Positions 1-12,296 of a stretch of 64,000 nucleotides of DNA are shown one piece after another. Source of the stretch: Candidatus Shapirobacteria bacterium (GTDB taxonomy: Bacteria; Patescibacteriota; Microgenomatia; UBA12405); NCBI GenBank assembly GCA_037142555.1, contig JBAXAJ010000002.1, forward strand, positions 15,029-79,028, written 5' to 3'. The notes under the pieces are model-generated. The model saw only the letters and a list, made by a program, of their open reading frames with translations. It was not told the DNA's origin and searched no databases. The position numbers and the translations under genes are program-made. Numbering within the stretch: the first letter of the stretch is position 1; each line of letters begins with the position of its first letter.

Positions 1-371
1 AAAGCTTGAGCTCTAGCCACAGCTAAACTAACTCCCAACATTGCATTTCCACCCAAAACTGCCTTGTTCACAGTTCCATCCAAATTAATCATTTTTTCAT
101 CAATTACTCTTTGTTCACTAGCTTCCATTCCTACTAAAGCCACCTTAATTTGGTTATTAATATTAGAAATAGCCTTCAACATTCCCTTGCCGTTATATCG
201 AGCAGCATCTCCATCTAACAAAACTGTTGCTTCTTTTGAACCAGCTGATGCTCCATAACTAACTGAAGCTTCACCAATTGCTCCACTTTCTAAGGTGACT
301 GTAACTTCTAAACTTGGTGCTCCACCTGAAGCTAAAATTTCTCTTGCGAATATATTTTTTATTTTTGACAT
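1..371 (-). CDS. eno: Enolase, N-terminal part; the gene continues beyond the window start.
   Basis: Reverse translation from the ATG at 369-371 gives MSKIKNIFAREIL...SLEVTV...GASAGSKEA...GKGMLKAI..., a typical enolase N-terminus. It is absent from the ORF track because no stop codon falls inside the window. Confidence 0.8.
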   Translation of the reverse strand, partial: MSKIKNIFAREILASGGAPSLEVTVTLESGAIGEASVSYGASAGSKEATVLLDGDAARYNGKGMLKAISNINNQIKVALVGMEASEQRVIDEKMINLDGTVNKAVLGGNAMLGVSLAVARAQA

Positions 372-395
372 ATAACAGATTATAACTTAATAACT

Positions 396-746
396 TTATT
401 TTTCAGAACACCATTGCTTAAATTCAACACAATTTAAATCTTGGTCAAACTTAATTAGATATATTCCATCAAAACTTCCATTTTGATCAACCAAATTCCA
501 ATTAACAACTCCAATATTATCTTCAATAGCTTCAATCTTAAACATTAATTCTTGTATTTGCTCATTTTTAATTTCTTCCCAAAAACCCAAAACATCATTG
601 ATATTTTTGCCTGGTTCTAAAAATGGGCTTTCATAATATTTTTCAATTTTTCCAAAATAATTTTTTAAAGCATCTAAATCCTTTTCTAACCAAACTTTTT
701 TCAATCCATCCAACCAATTATTCAAAAATTCTCTAGTTACCTTCAT
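396..746 (-). CDS. Hypothetical protein, 116 aa.
   Basis: Intact ORF co-oriented with and overlapping the downstream SDR gene. No recognisable motif. Confidence 0.4.
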   Translation of the reverse strand: MKVTREFLNNWLDGLKKVWLEKDLDALKNYFGKIEKYYESPFLEPGKNINDVLGFWEEIKNEQIQELMFKIEAIEDNIGVVNWNLVDQNGSFDGIYLIKFDQDLNCVEFKQWCSEK

Positions 747-1464
747 AATATTTTGAGTTTATTACAACTGAGTCAATTAATAAATTTTCTGGTTGGTTTA
801 AAACATAAACAGCTGCATCAACAACTTCTGAAGTTTTCATCATCCAAGGTTGGTTGTGAGCTTCTTCTTCACCTGCTGTTTCAAAAATATTACTTTCGAA
901 TCCACCAGGATAAATGGCTGACACTTTAATTTTCGTTGCAACTAAAGAATTTCTTAAAGATTTTGTATATCCATTCATTGCCCATTTTGTAGCTGTGTAA
1001 GTTGGCCAATCTTTATTTTCATCTAAATCTAATCCTGCCTTAGAAATCACATTCAAAATATGACCTTTATTAATCTTTTTCATTAAAGGCAACACTGTTT
1101 TTGTGAAATAAATATGTCCAATAATGTTTACTTTAAATGCTTCTTCAATCAATTTTGGATTTTTTTCTTCAAATTCATCAGTAGTCCAAATTCCAGCCCC
1201 ATTAACTAAAATATCAATAGTTTCAAATTTCTCCAAAATTTTCTCAACAGTTTTTTTAACTTGATCAAATTCAGTAATGTCACAAACAAAAACTTCAGCT
1301 TCACCACCACCATTATTTATTTCTTTTTTGACTTCATTTAATAATTCTTCATGCCTTGCTACCAAAGCAATTCTCCCGCCCATACTTCCTAATTTAATTG
1401 CCAGTGCTTTACCTAATCCTTGGCTAGCTCCAGTAATAACTATATTTTTATTTTTTATATTCAT
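733..1464 (-). CDS. Short-chain dehydrogenase/reductase (SDR) family oxidoreductase.
   Basis: N-terminal TGASQGLGKA Rossmann motif, with a YxxxK-type region (YTATK). Confidence 0.75.
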   Translation of the reverse strand: MNIKNKNIVITGASQGLGKALAIKLGSMGGRIALVARHEELLNEVKKEINNGGGEAEVFVCDITEFDQVKKTVEKILEKFETIDILVNGAGIWTTDEFEEKNPKLIEEAFKVNIIGHIYFTKTVLPLMKKINKGHILNVISKAGLDLDENKDWPTYTATKWAMNGYTKSLRNSLVATKIKVSAIYPGGFESNIFETAGEEEAHNQPWMMKTSEVVDAAVYVLNQPENLLIDSVVINSKYYEGN

Positions 1465-1478
1465 AAATTATTATAACC

Positions 1479-2252
1479 TTAAATTTCTAGCTCCATTAAA
1501 TCTTCACCCATGATTACTTCTCCTGAATATTTTTCTTTAACTTCAGCCACAAGATCAATATTTTTAGTTTCTGGATAAAAATGACTTAAAACCACATTAT
1601 CTACTTGAGAAATTTCAGCGACTTCTCCAATATCAGTAGTGTTAAGGTGGGCAAGTGCAGTCTGACTTTTATCAAAAGAAGCATCACAAATAAATAAATT
1701 AGCTTTTTCACAGGCATTTACTAAACCGTCACATTTTGTAGAGTCTCCCGAAAAGGCAAGAATTGAATCATCAAATTCAAATCTCAAAGCATATGCGTTA
1801 GCCTTAAAACCAAAAGCAATATGGTCAACCTTAAATGTTTTTACTGTAATTTCACCCAATTTCATTGATTCTTGATATTCTCTAAATTCAACTTTTGAAT
1901 AAGTATCAAAGGCTGGCAATTCATAAACATGCGAAAGTTTTTTAATAAAATCTTGAATTCCTGCTGGTCCACAAATAATTGGAGTTTTAAAATCTTCCCC
2001 CTTATGAAAAATCTCTTTCAATCTAAAACCCATCAAAATCGCAAACAAATCCGAGCTATGATCAGGATGAAAATGAGTTAAAAATATATAATCAAGATCT
2101 TCTGTTTTAAGCCCTATTTCCGATAGACGCATCAAAGTTCCTGGTCCACAATCAACTAAAATCTTTTTATTATCAACTTCAATCAAATAAGATTGAGCCG
2201 ATCTTGTCAAATCAACATAAAATGTTCCCGTCCCTAGAATTGTTACTTTCAT
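1479..2252 (-). CDS. MBL-fold metallo-hydrolase.
   Basis: HFHPDHSSD motif (HxHxDH). Confidence 0.65.
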   Translation of the reverse strand: MKVTILGTGTFYVDLTRSAQSYLIEVDNKKILVDCGPGTLMRLSEIGLKTEDLDYIFLTHFHPDHSSDLFAILMGFRLKEIFHKGEDFKTPIICGPAGIQDFIKKLSHVYELPAFDTYSKVEFREYQESMKLGEITVKTFKVDHIAFGFKANAYALRFEFDDSILAFSGDSTKCDGLVNACEKANLFICDASFDKSQTALAHLNTTDIGEVAEISQVDNVVLSHFYPETKNIDLVAEVKEKYSGEVIMGEDLMELEI

Positions 2253-2273
2253 ATTTTTTTAAATTAATAACAT

Positions 2274-3053
2274 TTATTTTATTTGTTCTAAAACTGGAAA
2301 TTCTTTTCTAAAATTTCTCAATTTTTCTAAATCTAAATCAGCCGAAATTATGCCTTCTTCAAAAGCAATATCTTTAATAATTTTCCCATCAAAAGAAACT
2401 ATTCTAGTATTTCCACATCTTTCTTTTAACCCAGTTTCTCCAGTCTGGTCACAAGCACAAAAATAAAGTTGATTTTCAATTGCTCTAGCCTTAGTCAAAA
2501 CATCCCAGGCAATTTCACCAGTTGTTCGTCTCATGCTAGTTGGTAAAAATATTATTTCAGCACCTGCTTTTGTTAATTCTCGAAAATATTCTGGAAATCT
2601 TAAATCAAAACAAATTCCAACTCCCATTTTTACTCCATCCAATTCAAAAATACCTAAATTTTTACCTGAAACCGTAGTGTTAAATTCGTCAATTAATAAA
2701 TCATCTCTTACCACTTTATACATATAAATCTTGTCGTATCTATGAACTATATTTCCTTTTCTATCTATTACTAATGTTGTGTTTGTAGTTTTATCTATGC
2801 CAGCTTTAAGCGAAACACTACCCAACACAATATTTACTTTGTTTTCTTTGGCTAATTCTTGGAATGCCAAAATTTTTTCTGAATTTATATTTTCAGCCAT
2901 TTTAATTTTTTCATCTCCCCAATATAAAAACATTTCCGAAAAACAAACAATATCAGGTTTATCTTCTAGTGCTTTTTTAAAGAAAGATTTTGCTTTTAAA
3001 AAATTTCCTTCCTTATTATTATTAGAATCCATTTGGACTAAAGATACTTTCAT
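2274..3053 (-). CDS. Carbon-nitrogen hydrolase (nitrilase superfamily).
   Basis: CFSEMF...GVGICFDLRFPE catalytic-triad-like motifs (E, K, C). Confidence 0.7.
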   Translation of the reverse strand: MKVSLVQMDSNNNKEGNFLKAKSFFKKALEDKPDIVCFSEMFLYWGDEKIKMAENINSEKILAFQELAKENKVNIVLGSVSLKAGIDKTTNTTLVIDRKGNIVHRYDKIYMYKVVRDDLLIDEFNTTVSGKNLGIFELDGVKMGVGICFDLRFPEYFRELTKAGAEIIFLPTSMRRTTGEIAWDVLTKARAIENQLYFCACDQTGETGLKERCGNTRIVSFDGKIIKDIAFEEGIISADLDLEKLRNFRKEFPVLEQIK

Positions 3054-3055
3054 AA

Positions 3056-3652
3056 TTATTTTTTATTTAAATTTTTAAACATCTTCCCATGCCCAGGGAT
3101 TATATAATCAGCTACTTCTAAAATCTTTTTTCGACTTTCTTTTAAAATAGCTAAATCTTTATAAAAAGGATCTTCTAGATTTATTAAAGTTTCATAATCT
3201 TTGCTTGGTTCCATGTCATCTCTCCACCAAAAAACATCTCCAGCCATCACCACTGTTCCCATATCTTCAGTTTTAACCACCATTGAACCATGAAATTGAT
3301 CATGGCCTGGGGTTGAAATTATTTCAATTCCTTCACCTAAAATATTTTTTTCTTGAGCTTTAATTTCTCCATTTTGTAAGTATTGTGTATCGTCATCCAA
3401 AATTATTGCATTTTCAAAAATTCCGGTCAGGGCACAATGATCCAAATGATTGTGAGTTAAAAATACGAAATTAATATCTCCAGTTTTAATATTCTCTTTT
3501 TCTAAAGACTCTAGTAATTTTTTTCTATTTAATCCTGGGTCGACAATTATTTTAAATTTATCAGTTTCAACTAAAACAACTGAAGGGGAGACAATTTTAT
3601 AATTTTCTTCCTTATGTCCAAAACCTTCAACTAAAATTTTTACTTTATTCAT
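3056..3652 (-). CDS. MBL-fold metallo-hydrolase.
   Basis: THNHLDHC motif. Confidence 0.65.
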   Translation of the reverse strand: MNKVKILVEGFGHKEENYKIVSPSVVLVETDKFKIIVDPGLNRKKLLESLEKENIKTGDINFVFLTHNHLDHCALTGIFENAIILDDDTQYLQNGEIKAQEKNILGEGIEIISTPGHDQFHGSMVVKTEDMGTVVMAGDVFWWRDDMEPSKDYETLINLEDPFYKDLAILKESRKKILEVADYIIPGHGKMFKNLNKK

Positions 3653-3702
3653 AGCCCTATTATATCTTAATTTTAAAGCTATTTCGTGCTAGAATTAATA
3701 CT

Positions 3703-5659
<1,957 letters not shown>

Positions 5660-5667
5660 ACTAGTTT

Positions 5668-6714
5668 TTGCTACAATTTATTGTGTCTAAATCAAAAATT
5701 TTATTATCCTTAATTTTCTTTGATTTAATTTTAGTCTTTGTTTTTTTGGTCCTAAAATTTTATTTACAACCAGTTGCTATCGTTGTTCCGCATCATAATG
5801 TTGTTCAAGAAAAACGGCTTGAATTTTTCCAAAAAATAGCCCAAAAAAGACCTATTACTAAAAAAATTATTGTTATCGGCCCAGATCATTTTTCTCCAGT
5901 CCAAAACGGCCTTTATTATTCGAATTCCAATTGGAATTTATCTAAAAATACTCTCTTTTTTAATAATCAATTTGAACCAAAATTAGCTCCATTTTTAAGT
6001 TTAAAAAACAATATCATCAAAAATGATCATGCTATCTATAATCTATTACCCGACATTAAGTCTGTTTGGCCAAATTCTCAAATTTTCCCGATTTTAATTG
6101 GTCAATCTTACCCAATTTCAAAATTAGATGCTTTAATAAAAGAAATTGACAGCATTTGTGCTTATGATTGTTTATTAATTTCTTCAGTCGATTTTTCTCA
6201 TTATTTACCATCAGCTTTAGCTAATATCCATGATCAAAAAAGTATTTATGATTTATCAACCCAAAATTTAGCTGAAATCCAAAAATTAGAAGTCGACAGT
6301 CCTCAATCTCTTTATTTTTTAGCCAAATTTTCCCAACTCAAAAAAGCCAATAATTGGAATTTATTTTTTCACTCCAATTCTGGAGAGTTAGTCAATAACC
6401 CCTATGTCGAAACCACTAGCCATGTTTTTGGCTCTTATCAAAAAGCTTTTAAAAAAAATAATATCCCTAAAATTGAAACTTATTTAATTTCCAAAAATAT
6501 TGATCAGAAAAAAAGTTTGAATTCACTTGGTCCTCGTTTTTTTTATGGCACTGATTTTATCGATTTAAATTATTCTCCAACTTCATCTTTTAAATTACCT
6601 TTTGAATTGTTAAATGATACAGTTGTCGGGGCAGTTGTTATAGATAACAAAGCTATTTTTACTTATTTTCCAACTCAGATAAAAAATGGAGCTACCTATT
6701 TTTTAAGAAAATAA
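5668..6714 (+). CDS. Memo1 / AmmeMemoRadiSam-system-protein-B-like protein.
   Basis: IVVPHHNVV and IIVIGPDHF motifs resemble the Memo family VxPHAG / GPSH signatures. N-terminal TM segment. Weak assignment. Confidence 0.35.
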   Translation: MLQFIVSKSKILLSLIFFDLILVFVFLVLKFYLQPVAIVVPHHNVVQEKRLEFFQKIAQKRPITKKIIVIGPDHFSPVQNGLYYSNSNWNLSKNTLFFNNQFEPKLAPFLSLKNNIIKNDHAIYNLLPDIKSVWPNSQIFPILIGQSYPISKLDALIKEIDSICAYDCLLISSVDFSHYLPSALANIHDQKSIYDLSTQNLAEIQKLEVDSPQSLYFLAKFSQLKKANNWNLFFHSNSGELVNNPYVETTSHVFGSYQKAFKKNNIPKIETYLISKNIDQKKSLNSLGPRFFYGTDFIDLNYSPTSSFKLPFELLNDTVVGAVVIDNKAIFTYFPTQIKNGATYFLRK

Positions 6715-6726
6715 ATTAATAGAATA

Positions 6727-8463
6727 GTGTTAATATTGTTTATGGAAATAAATAATATGAATGATGTCCAACCAGAAATTAATCCTCAAGAAGTTCCCGA
6801 AAAAATAAAAAAACCATTCCCTTTAAACCTAGTTTTAGGGATTGTTATCGGTGTTATTTTTACTTTTTTAGTTGCATCAACAATTTATTTTTACAATAAA
6901 TCAAAACAACCAAAAGTTGATGCTATCCCATCTAACCCTACTAATGAAATAAATAGTCAAACAAACACTAATTCACCTTATAAAATAACTTGGCTTGAAA
7001 GTCCCCAAAAAATTGCCAATTTAAATGTTTTTAATCAAACTAAACAATTTTCAGATAATAACGCTGGACTTACTATTTATTTTGATAAAGTCAGTTACTA
7101 TTTAGTAGCTAATTTAGGTGATGGTTCACAATTAATTAATGTATTTTTACCAAAACAAGAAGGTCCTGGAGACGATAGTCTTCTCCTTAGAGCGATTAAA
7201 ACACCAGATGGTCAAATATCAATTAGTAAACCTCAAAATGATTATGAATTAGAACAAATATCAAAATTTTTAAACTCAACAATTACAATTAACAGTCTTA
7301 GTTTTAGTGAACTTCAACCACCAGAAAATTTATATCTTGATAATTTAACTTTAGCTAAAAATTATACCAACAATGAAACATTTGATACTTTAAAAAATCC
7401 AATTTTAATTAAATTGACCAACTTTGGTGATTTATATGCTGTTTATACTCCTCGAGAAGATATAAATGATCTTTTTACAAAAACTTTTTATCTAAAACTT
7501 AAAGATTCAACTATTTATCAATACAACCAAAAATATGGTTTTATATCTGATGACATGAAAACTCAAATCACTTGGAATGAAAACTCAACTACTGAAGATC
7601 AATTTATTGATTCGATTCATAGTGGTGGTTGTGGTGGCGTTGTTGGTTCAAGCATTATTAAAAACACTTCTTCTTTGCTCAATAATAAAATTGCTGTTGC
7701 TACTTATGGAGAAAAAACTATTTATCAAATTAAAGATACAAATAATCCACTTCTCAAAAAACTTTATGATCAATATAAACAAACTAGCCAATTTATCACT
7801 CCAGCTGCTGTAGAAAATATTGATCAATATGCTAATGCTAAAAATAATTTCCTCTACCAAGATTATTCTGGAGATTGGATTATTTTTATAAATCAAAAAT
7901 ATGCCATTCAAGCTGAATGTGGTAAACCAGTAATTTATCTTTACCCACCAAAAGAAAGCCAAATTAAAGTTCAAGTTGGGGCTAAAATCACCAAGAGTGA
8001 ACCAACTTATCCAGAAAAAGGTTGGTTAGTTAATGCTAAACCAAATGGAGAACTAACTTATCAAAATCAAAATTATCCTTATTTATTCTGGGAAGGTCTA
8101 GGCAATGGCACCTATCCTAATTATAAAAACAAAGGGATTTTGGTTAAACAAAAAGATTTAGCCACTACTCTCTATAAACAACTATCTCAACTTGGTTTAA
8201 ATCAAAAAGAATCGGCTGATTTTATGGACTTTTGGCAATCAAAACTACCAACAACTCCTTATGTTCGTCTTACTTGGTTAGACACTGCCGACATGGATAA
8301 TTTAGCTCCAATTTCTGTGAATCCAAAGCCAAACACTAAAATCAGAATCTTTTTAGAATTTGAAGGCCTAGAAAAGAGAGTCAATTTAATACCTCAAACT
8401 TTATCAGCTCCAAAAAGAGAAGGGTTTACTCTGATTGAGTGGGGTGGACTTTTAATAAACTAG
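6727..8463 (+). CDS. Hypothetical membrane-anchored protein, 578 aa.
   Basis: N-terminal TM helix and a long Asn/Thr-rich extracytoplasmic region. No recognised domain. Confidence 0.4.
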   Translation: MLILFMEINNMNDVQPEINPQEVPEKIKKPFPLNLVLGIVIGVIFTFLVASTIYFYNKSKQPKVDAIPSNPTNEINSQTNTNSPYKITWLESPQKIANLNVFNQTKQFSDNNAGLTIYFDKVSYYLVANLGDGSQLINVFLPKQEGPGDDSLLLRAIKTPDGQISISKPQNDYELEQISKFLNSTITINSLSFSELQPPENLYLDNLTLAKNYTNNETFDTLKNPILIKLTNFGDLYAVYTPREDINDLFTKTFYLKLKDSTIYQYNQKYGFISDDMKTQITWNENSTTEDQFIDSIHSGGCGGVVGSSIIKNTSSLLNNKIAVATYGEKTIYQIKDTNNPLLKKLYDQYKQTSQFITPAAVENIDQYANAKNNFLYQDYSGDWIIFINQKYAIQAECGKPVIYLYPPKESQIKVQVGAKITKSEPTYPEKGWLVNAKPNGELTYQNQNYPYLFWEGLGNGTYPNYKNKGILVKQKDLATTLYKQLSQLGLNQKESADFMDFWQSKLPTTPYVRLTWLDTADMDNLAPISVNPKPNTKIRIFLEFEGLEKRVNLIPQTLSAPKREGFTLIEWGGLLIN

Positions 8464-8969
8464 TTTTTATTAAACTCGCTCCAAATTCTTTTAAACCAAA
8501 AAGTATAATTTTGCGGGTTACTTTCAATATCTTTATTTAAGTCTGCTTTTGAAATCCATTTCCAAGATTCAACTTCATCTGGATTTATTTTAGGTTCTAA
8601 ATTATAGTAACCGACAAAAACATGATCGTGTTCATTTTCAGTCAAATCATGGTCTAATGGGGCAATGTAGTTAAAAGAAAATTTTTCCATCAATTCAACG
8701 TCAAAACCCATTTCCTCAACCAATCTTCGATGAGCTGCATCTTCAGTTTTTTCACCAGGGCGTGGATGACTACAACAAGTGTTAGTCCATAATCCACCAC
8801 AATGATATTTACTAAAAGCTCTTTGTTGCAACATCAATTCGTCTTTATCATTAAAAATCAAAATTGAAAAAGCTCGGTGTCTTTTGCCTCCATTTCGATG
8901 GGCTTCAATCTTTTCTTCAACTCCAATTTCTTGGTCACTATCATTAACTAAAATTACATTTTCATTCAT
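8460..8969 (-). CDS. idi: Isopentenyl-diphosphate delta-isomerase, type 1.
   Basis: HRAFSILIFN...LMLQQRAFSK...GGLWTNTCCSHPRPGE matches the Idi/NUDIX signature. Confidence 0.8.
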   Translation of the reverse strand: MNENVILVNDSDQEIGVEEKIEAHRNGGKRHRAFSILIFNDKDELMLQQRAFSKYHCGGLWTNTCCSHPRPGEKTEDAAHRRLVEEMGFDVELMEKFSFNYIAPLDHDLTENEHDHVFVGYYNLEPKINPDEVESWKWISKADLNKDIESNPQNYTFWFKRIWSEFNKN

Positions 8970-8996
8970 TTTATAAATCTAAAAAAATAATTTTTG

Positions 8997-9067
8997 AGAC
9001 GCGGATGGGAGTCGAACCCATCTACACAGTTTTGCAGACTGTTGTCTAACCGCTTGACTACCGCGTC
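8997..9067 (-). tRNA. tRNA-Cys (anticodon GCA).
   Basis: Hand-folded cloverleaf on the minus strand with no mispairs in the acceptor, anticodon or T stems:
- acceptor GACGCGG / CCGCGTC;
- anticodon stem ACAGT / ACTGT with loop CTGCAAA;
- T arm ATGGG-TTCGACT-CCCAT;
- discriminator U. Confidence 0.75.
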
Positions 9068-9115
9068 GAATTTAATCCCTGATTCGCAATTTTAAACTAA
9101 TTTTAATTTTTTAGC

Positions 9116-9200
9116 TAGACTTTAGATACTTTTTCAAGTAAAATCCACTACTTTTATTAAAAAGCCAAAAGCTGGCAAAATTTAATAAATTGGTACATTA
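9116..9200 (+). promoter_or_regulatory. Putative promoter (TAGACT-17-TAAAAT) plus copy A of the conserved leader element CCAcTACTTTTATTAAAAAGCCAAAAGCTGGCAAAATTTAATAA.
   Basis: The same ~55-nt element recurs at 12297-12352 and, more degenerately, at 13488-13545. Each copy sits just downstream of a -10 hexamer and upstream of a long A-rich UTR ending in an AGAGGAG Shine-Dalgarno. Confidence 0.45.
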
Positions 9201-9304
9201 ACATCAATAAAAATCAAAAACATTGAAAATAATGGTTTGCAAAAACTTGGAAGTATATATGCAATTTCGAATAAAAATAAAAAAAAAGAAAAGAGGAATG
9301 AGTT

Positions 9305-10696
9305 ATGGAAATGTTAAAAGAACGAGTCACGGAAATATTAAAAGAAGGAGTCACAGTGAGAGACGTTATAGTGGAAGCACTACGGCTAGGCATGATTTCC
9401 CAAGAAGAAGCATATCGATTGTTAACTGAAAGAAATGTAACAATTGTAGTTGGAACTCAATGGGGTGATGAAGGTAAAGGCCGTGCAACCCACTATTTAG
9501 CAAAAGATGGTGTGAAGATGGTGATTAGAGCAACTGGTGGCAACAATGCTGGTCACACAGTAGTAGCCAATGGTAAAAAAGATGCAATGCATCTTCTTCC
9601 ATCTTCTATTGTGAAACCAGAAATCATTTCCGTAATTGGGAATGGAGTTGTGGTTGACCCGGAAGTTCTGGTTGGAGAAATAATGAAAATGAAAGAAAAA
9701 GGGGTATCAATCACTCCTGATAATTTCAGGATTTCTGACAAAGCCCATTTAATTATGCCTTGGCATAGAGAAATGGACGCTATCTTTGAGAACTTTAAAG
9801 GCAAAAACAAAATTGGAACAACTGGACGAGGAATCGGACCGTGTTTTGCTGAAAAAGCTCAAAGGACAGGCATAAGAATGATTGATCTTTTTGATCCAAT
9901 CCTTCTTAAAGAAAAGATAACTCAGTGTGCAGTGTTTGCTAATCCAATAATTCAAATGGTTATCAAACCAAAAATCAAAGTGGATGAAATCACCGCAGAG
10001 TATCTAGGGTATGCCGAAATTTTGAAACCTTTCATCTGTGACACTGTAGCTCTTGAAAAAGAATTCGTTTTGGCTGGAGAAAAAGTTTTAATCGAAGGTG
10101 CTCAAGCAATGAGGCTTGATCTTGACCATGGAGATTATCCAAACTGCACCTCTTCAAATCCGATTTCATCTGGTGCTCTAACTGGTTCTGGAATTGGCCC
10201 AATTTATGTCGGTGAAGTAATCGGCGTCATGAAAGCTTATTGTTCCAGAGTTGGTAATGGTCCTTTCCCGACTGAACAAAAAAATTCCATTGGTGACAGA
10301 ATAAGGGAATTAGGAATTGAGTATGGAACAACAACTGGCAGACCAAGAAGATGTGGTTGGCTTGATTTAGTTATGATCAAAGATGCTGTTTTTGTTAATG
10401 GGTTAACTAGTCTTTGTCTTAATCACATTGACACAATTGGAAAACTTGATGAAATCAAAATTTGTGTTGCCTACAAAGTTGGGAAGAAAAGAATCAATAA
10501 TGTTGCAACAAACTTGGAAAAATGTAAACCAGTGTATATCACTTTTAAAGGTGGTTGGGATGCTAAAGGCATAACTGAATACAAAGATCTTCCCAAAAAT
10601 GCCAGAATTTATATTGAGTTCATCGAGAAACAAGTTGGGATTCCAATCAAGTACATCGGCACAGGGGCAGACGAAAAAGAAACAATCATCAGATAA
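9305..10696 (+). CDS. purA: Adenylosuccinate synthetase.
   Basis: GTQWGDEGKGR and GGNNAGHTV motifs. Strong SD (AGAGGAA) 8 nt upstream. About 45 extra N-terminal residues precede the conserved P-loop region. Confidence 0.85.
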   Translation: MEMLKERVTEILKEGVTVRDVIVEALRLGMISQEEAYRLLTERNVTIVVGTQWGDEGKGRATHYLAKDGVKMVIRATGGNNAGHTVVANGKKDAMHLLPSSIVKPEIISVIGNGVVVDPEVLVGEIMKMKEKGVSITPDNFRISDKAHLIMPWHREMDAIFENFKGKNKIGTTGRGIGPCFAEKAQRTGIRMIDLFDPILLKEKITQCAVFANPIIQMVIKPKIKVDEITAEYLGYAEILKPFICDTVALEKEFVLAGEKVLIEGAQAMRLDLDHGDYPNCTSSNPISSGALTGSGIGPIYVGEVIGVMKAYCSRVGNGPFPTEQKNSIGDRIRELGIEYGTTTGRPRRCGWLDLVMIKDAVFVNGLTSLCLNHIDTIGKLDEIKICVAYKVGKKRINNVATNLEKCKPVYITFKGGWDAKGITEYKDLPKNARIYIEFIEKQVGIPIKYIGTGADEKETIIR

Positions 10697-10712
10697 GAGA
10701 GGAGTGAATATC

Positions 10713-12200
10713 ATGAAGTATATTTACGAAGAATCAAGAACTTTCAACGAGTTTTTACTAACTCCAGGGTTAACAGCCAGTTTTTGTACTATTGACAAGA
10801 TAGATTTAAAAACTCATCTAACTAAGTATCGCCCTGATCATCCAACTTTAAAAGGTATGGAACTGAACATCCCAGTGACTTCAGCCATTATGCAGTCAGT
10901 TTCTGACGACAGAATGGCAACTACATTAGCAAAAGAAGGAGGTCTTTCTTTTATCTACTGTTCCCAAAGCATTGAAGATCAATGCGAAATGGTCAGAAGA
11001 GCCAAGAAAGCCAAAGCTGGTTTTGTGGCAAGTGACTCAAATATTAAAGCAACTGACACTTTAGAAACCATTATTAGACTTAAAGATAGTAACGGTCACT
11101 CAACTATGGCAGTCACTCACAATGGTAAGTCAACCGGTAAACTTCTCGGACTTGTCACTTCTCGTGATTACAGAATTGGTAAAACTCCAAGTAACACAAA
11201 AGTATCAGAATTCATGACTCCAATTGACAAACTTGTGTATGCTAAAGACGGTACAACTTTGACAGAGGCAAACGACCTGATTTGGGAACATAAATTAAAT
11301 TGTTTGCCAATTGTCAGCAAGAAAGGCAATCTAAAGTCATTAGTATTCAGGAAAGATTATGAGCAACACGCTAATAATCGTAATGAACTATTGGATGAAA
11401 AGAAAGCCTACCTTATAGGAGCCGGAGTTAATACTAAAGATTACAAAGAACGTATCCCAGCTCTTATTAAAGCCGGAGTTGACATCCTTTGTATTGACTC
11501 TTCCGATGGGTACAGCGACTTTGTAAAAAATGTATTAACTTTTGTTAAGTCTAATTACCTAAATGTCCCAATTGGTGCTGGAAACATTGTTAATGCCGAA
11601 GCTTTTTTATATTTAGCCAAAGCTGGTGCCGATTTTATTAAAGTTGGAATTGGTGGCGGTTCAATTTGCATCACTCGTGAGCAAAAAGGGATTGGAGCTG
11701 GCCAAGCAACTGCTGTCATGGAAATCGCCAAAGCCAGAGATGAGTATTTAGAAAAGACAGGAGTTTATGTTCCAATCTGTTCCGATGGCGGAATTGTCAC
11801 TGACACTGATGTAACTATGGCATTAGCTATGGGAGCAGATTTTGTCATGATGGGCAGATATTTTGCCGGTTGTGATGAATCTCCTGGCAAAAAAGTCACA
11901 GTGAACGGAAATGTAATGAAGGAGTATTGGGGTGAAGGGTCAAACCATGCTAGAAATTGGCAACGTTATGATTCAGGTGGTCAAAATTCTCTAAAATTTG
12001 AAGAAGGCGTCGATTCTTTTGTCCCTTACACAGGCAGTGTTAAGGAAAAAATAGAAGTATTGACCGCCAAAATCAAATCCACCATGTCCAGTTGCGGATG
12101 CAGTGATATTCCAACTTTCCATAAGAAAGTCATCATTCGTCCAGTTTCTGGTCTGACTCTTCGCGAGGGTTCAGCCCATGATGTAACTCTTAAAGAGTAA
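10713..12200 (+). CDS. guaB: IMP dehydrogenase (IMPDH/GMP reductase family).
   Basis: Start set at the ATG at 10713, preceded by AGAGAGGAGTG. Motifs NIPVTSAIMQSV, GIGGGSICITR and CSDGGI present. The ORF track's 10599 start is likely too far upstream. Confidence 0.8.
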   Translation: MKYIYEESRTFNEFLLTPGLTASFCTIDKIDLKTHLTKYRPDHPTLKGMELNIPVTSAIMQSVSDDRMATTLAKEGGLSFIYCSQSIEDQCEMVRRAKKAKAGFVASDSNIKATDTLETIIRLKDSNGHSTMAVTHNGKSTGKLLGLVTSRDYRIGKTPSNTKVSEFMTPIDKLVYAKDGTTLTEANDLIWEHKLNCLPIVSKKGNLKSLVFRKDYEQHANNRNELLDEKKAYLIGAGVNTKDYKERIPALIKAGVDILCIDSSDGYSDFVKNVLTFVKSNYLNVPIGAGNIVNAEAFLYLAKAGADFIKVGIGGGSICITREQKGIGAGQATAVMEIAKARDEYLEKTGVYVPICSDGGIVTDTDVTMALAMGADFVMMGRYFAGCDESPGKKVTVNGNVMKEYWGEGSNHARNWQRYDSGGQNSLKFEEGVDSFVPYTGSVKEKIEVLTAKIKSTMSSCGCSDIPTFHKKVIIRPVSGLTLREGSAHDVTLKE

Positions 12201-12233
12201 CAAAGTTGTTAAATGATTTTTATTGATGAAATG

Positions 12234-12290
12234 GCCGGTAGGTGAATATATTTTTTTAAAAATATAAACACTTGCCGGCTTTTTCTTTTT
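12234..12290 (+). terminator. Intrinsic terminator, copy 1 of a repeated terminator family.
   Basis: GCCGGTAGGTG-AATATATTTTTTTAAAAATATA-AACACTTGCCGGC hairpin followed by TTTTTCTTTTT. Confidence 0.6.
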
Positions 12291-12296
12291 GCAGTA

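Noticed and set aside
9223-9429. 68-aa ORF overlapping the purA start in another frame.
   Set aside because: The SD is correctly spaced for the purA ATG at 9305. The overlapping frame encodes a low-complexity Arg/Ser peptide.
9305-10696. Possibility that the PurA homologue is a phage PurZ (2-aminoadenine/Z-genome pathway).
   Set aside because: The GDEGKG catalytic motif is intact as in canonical PurA. The partner gene is IMP dehydrogenase, and no DatZ/MazZ/DpoZ-like genes are present.
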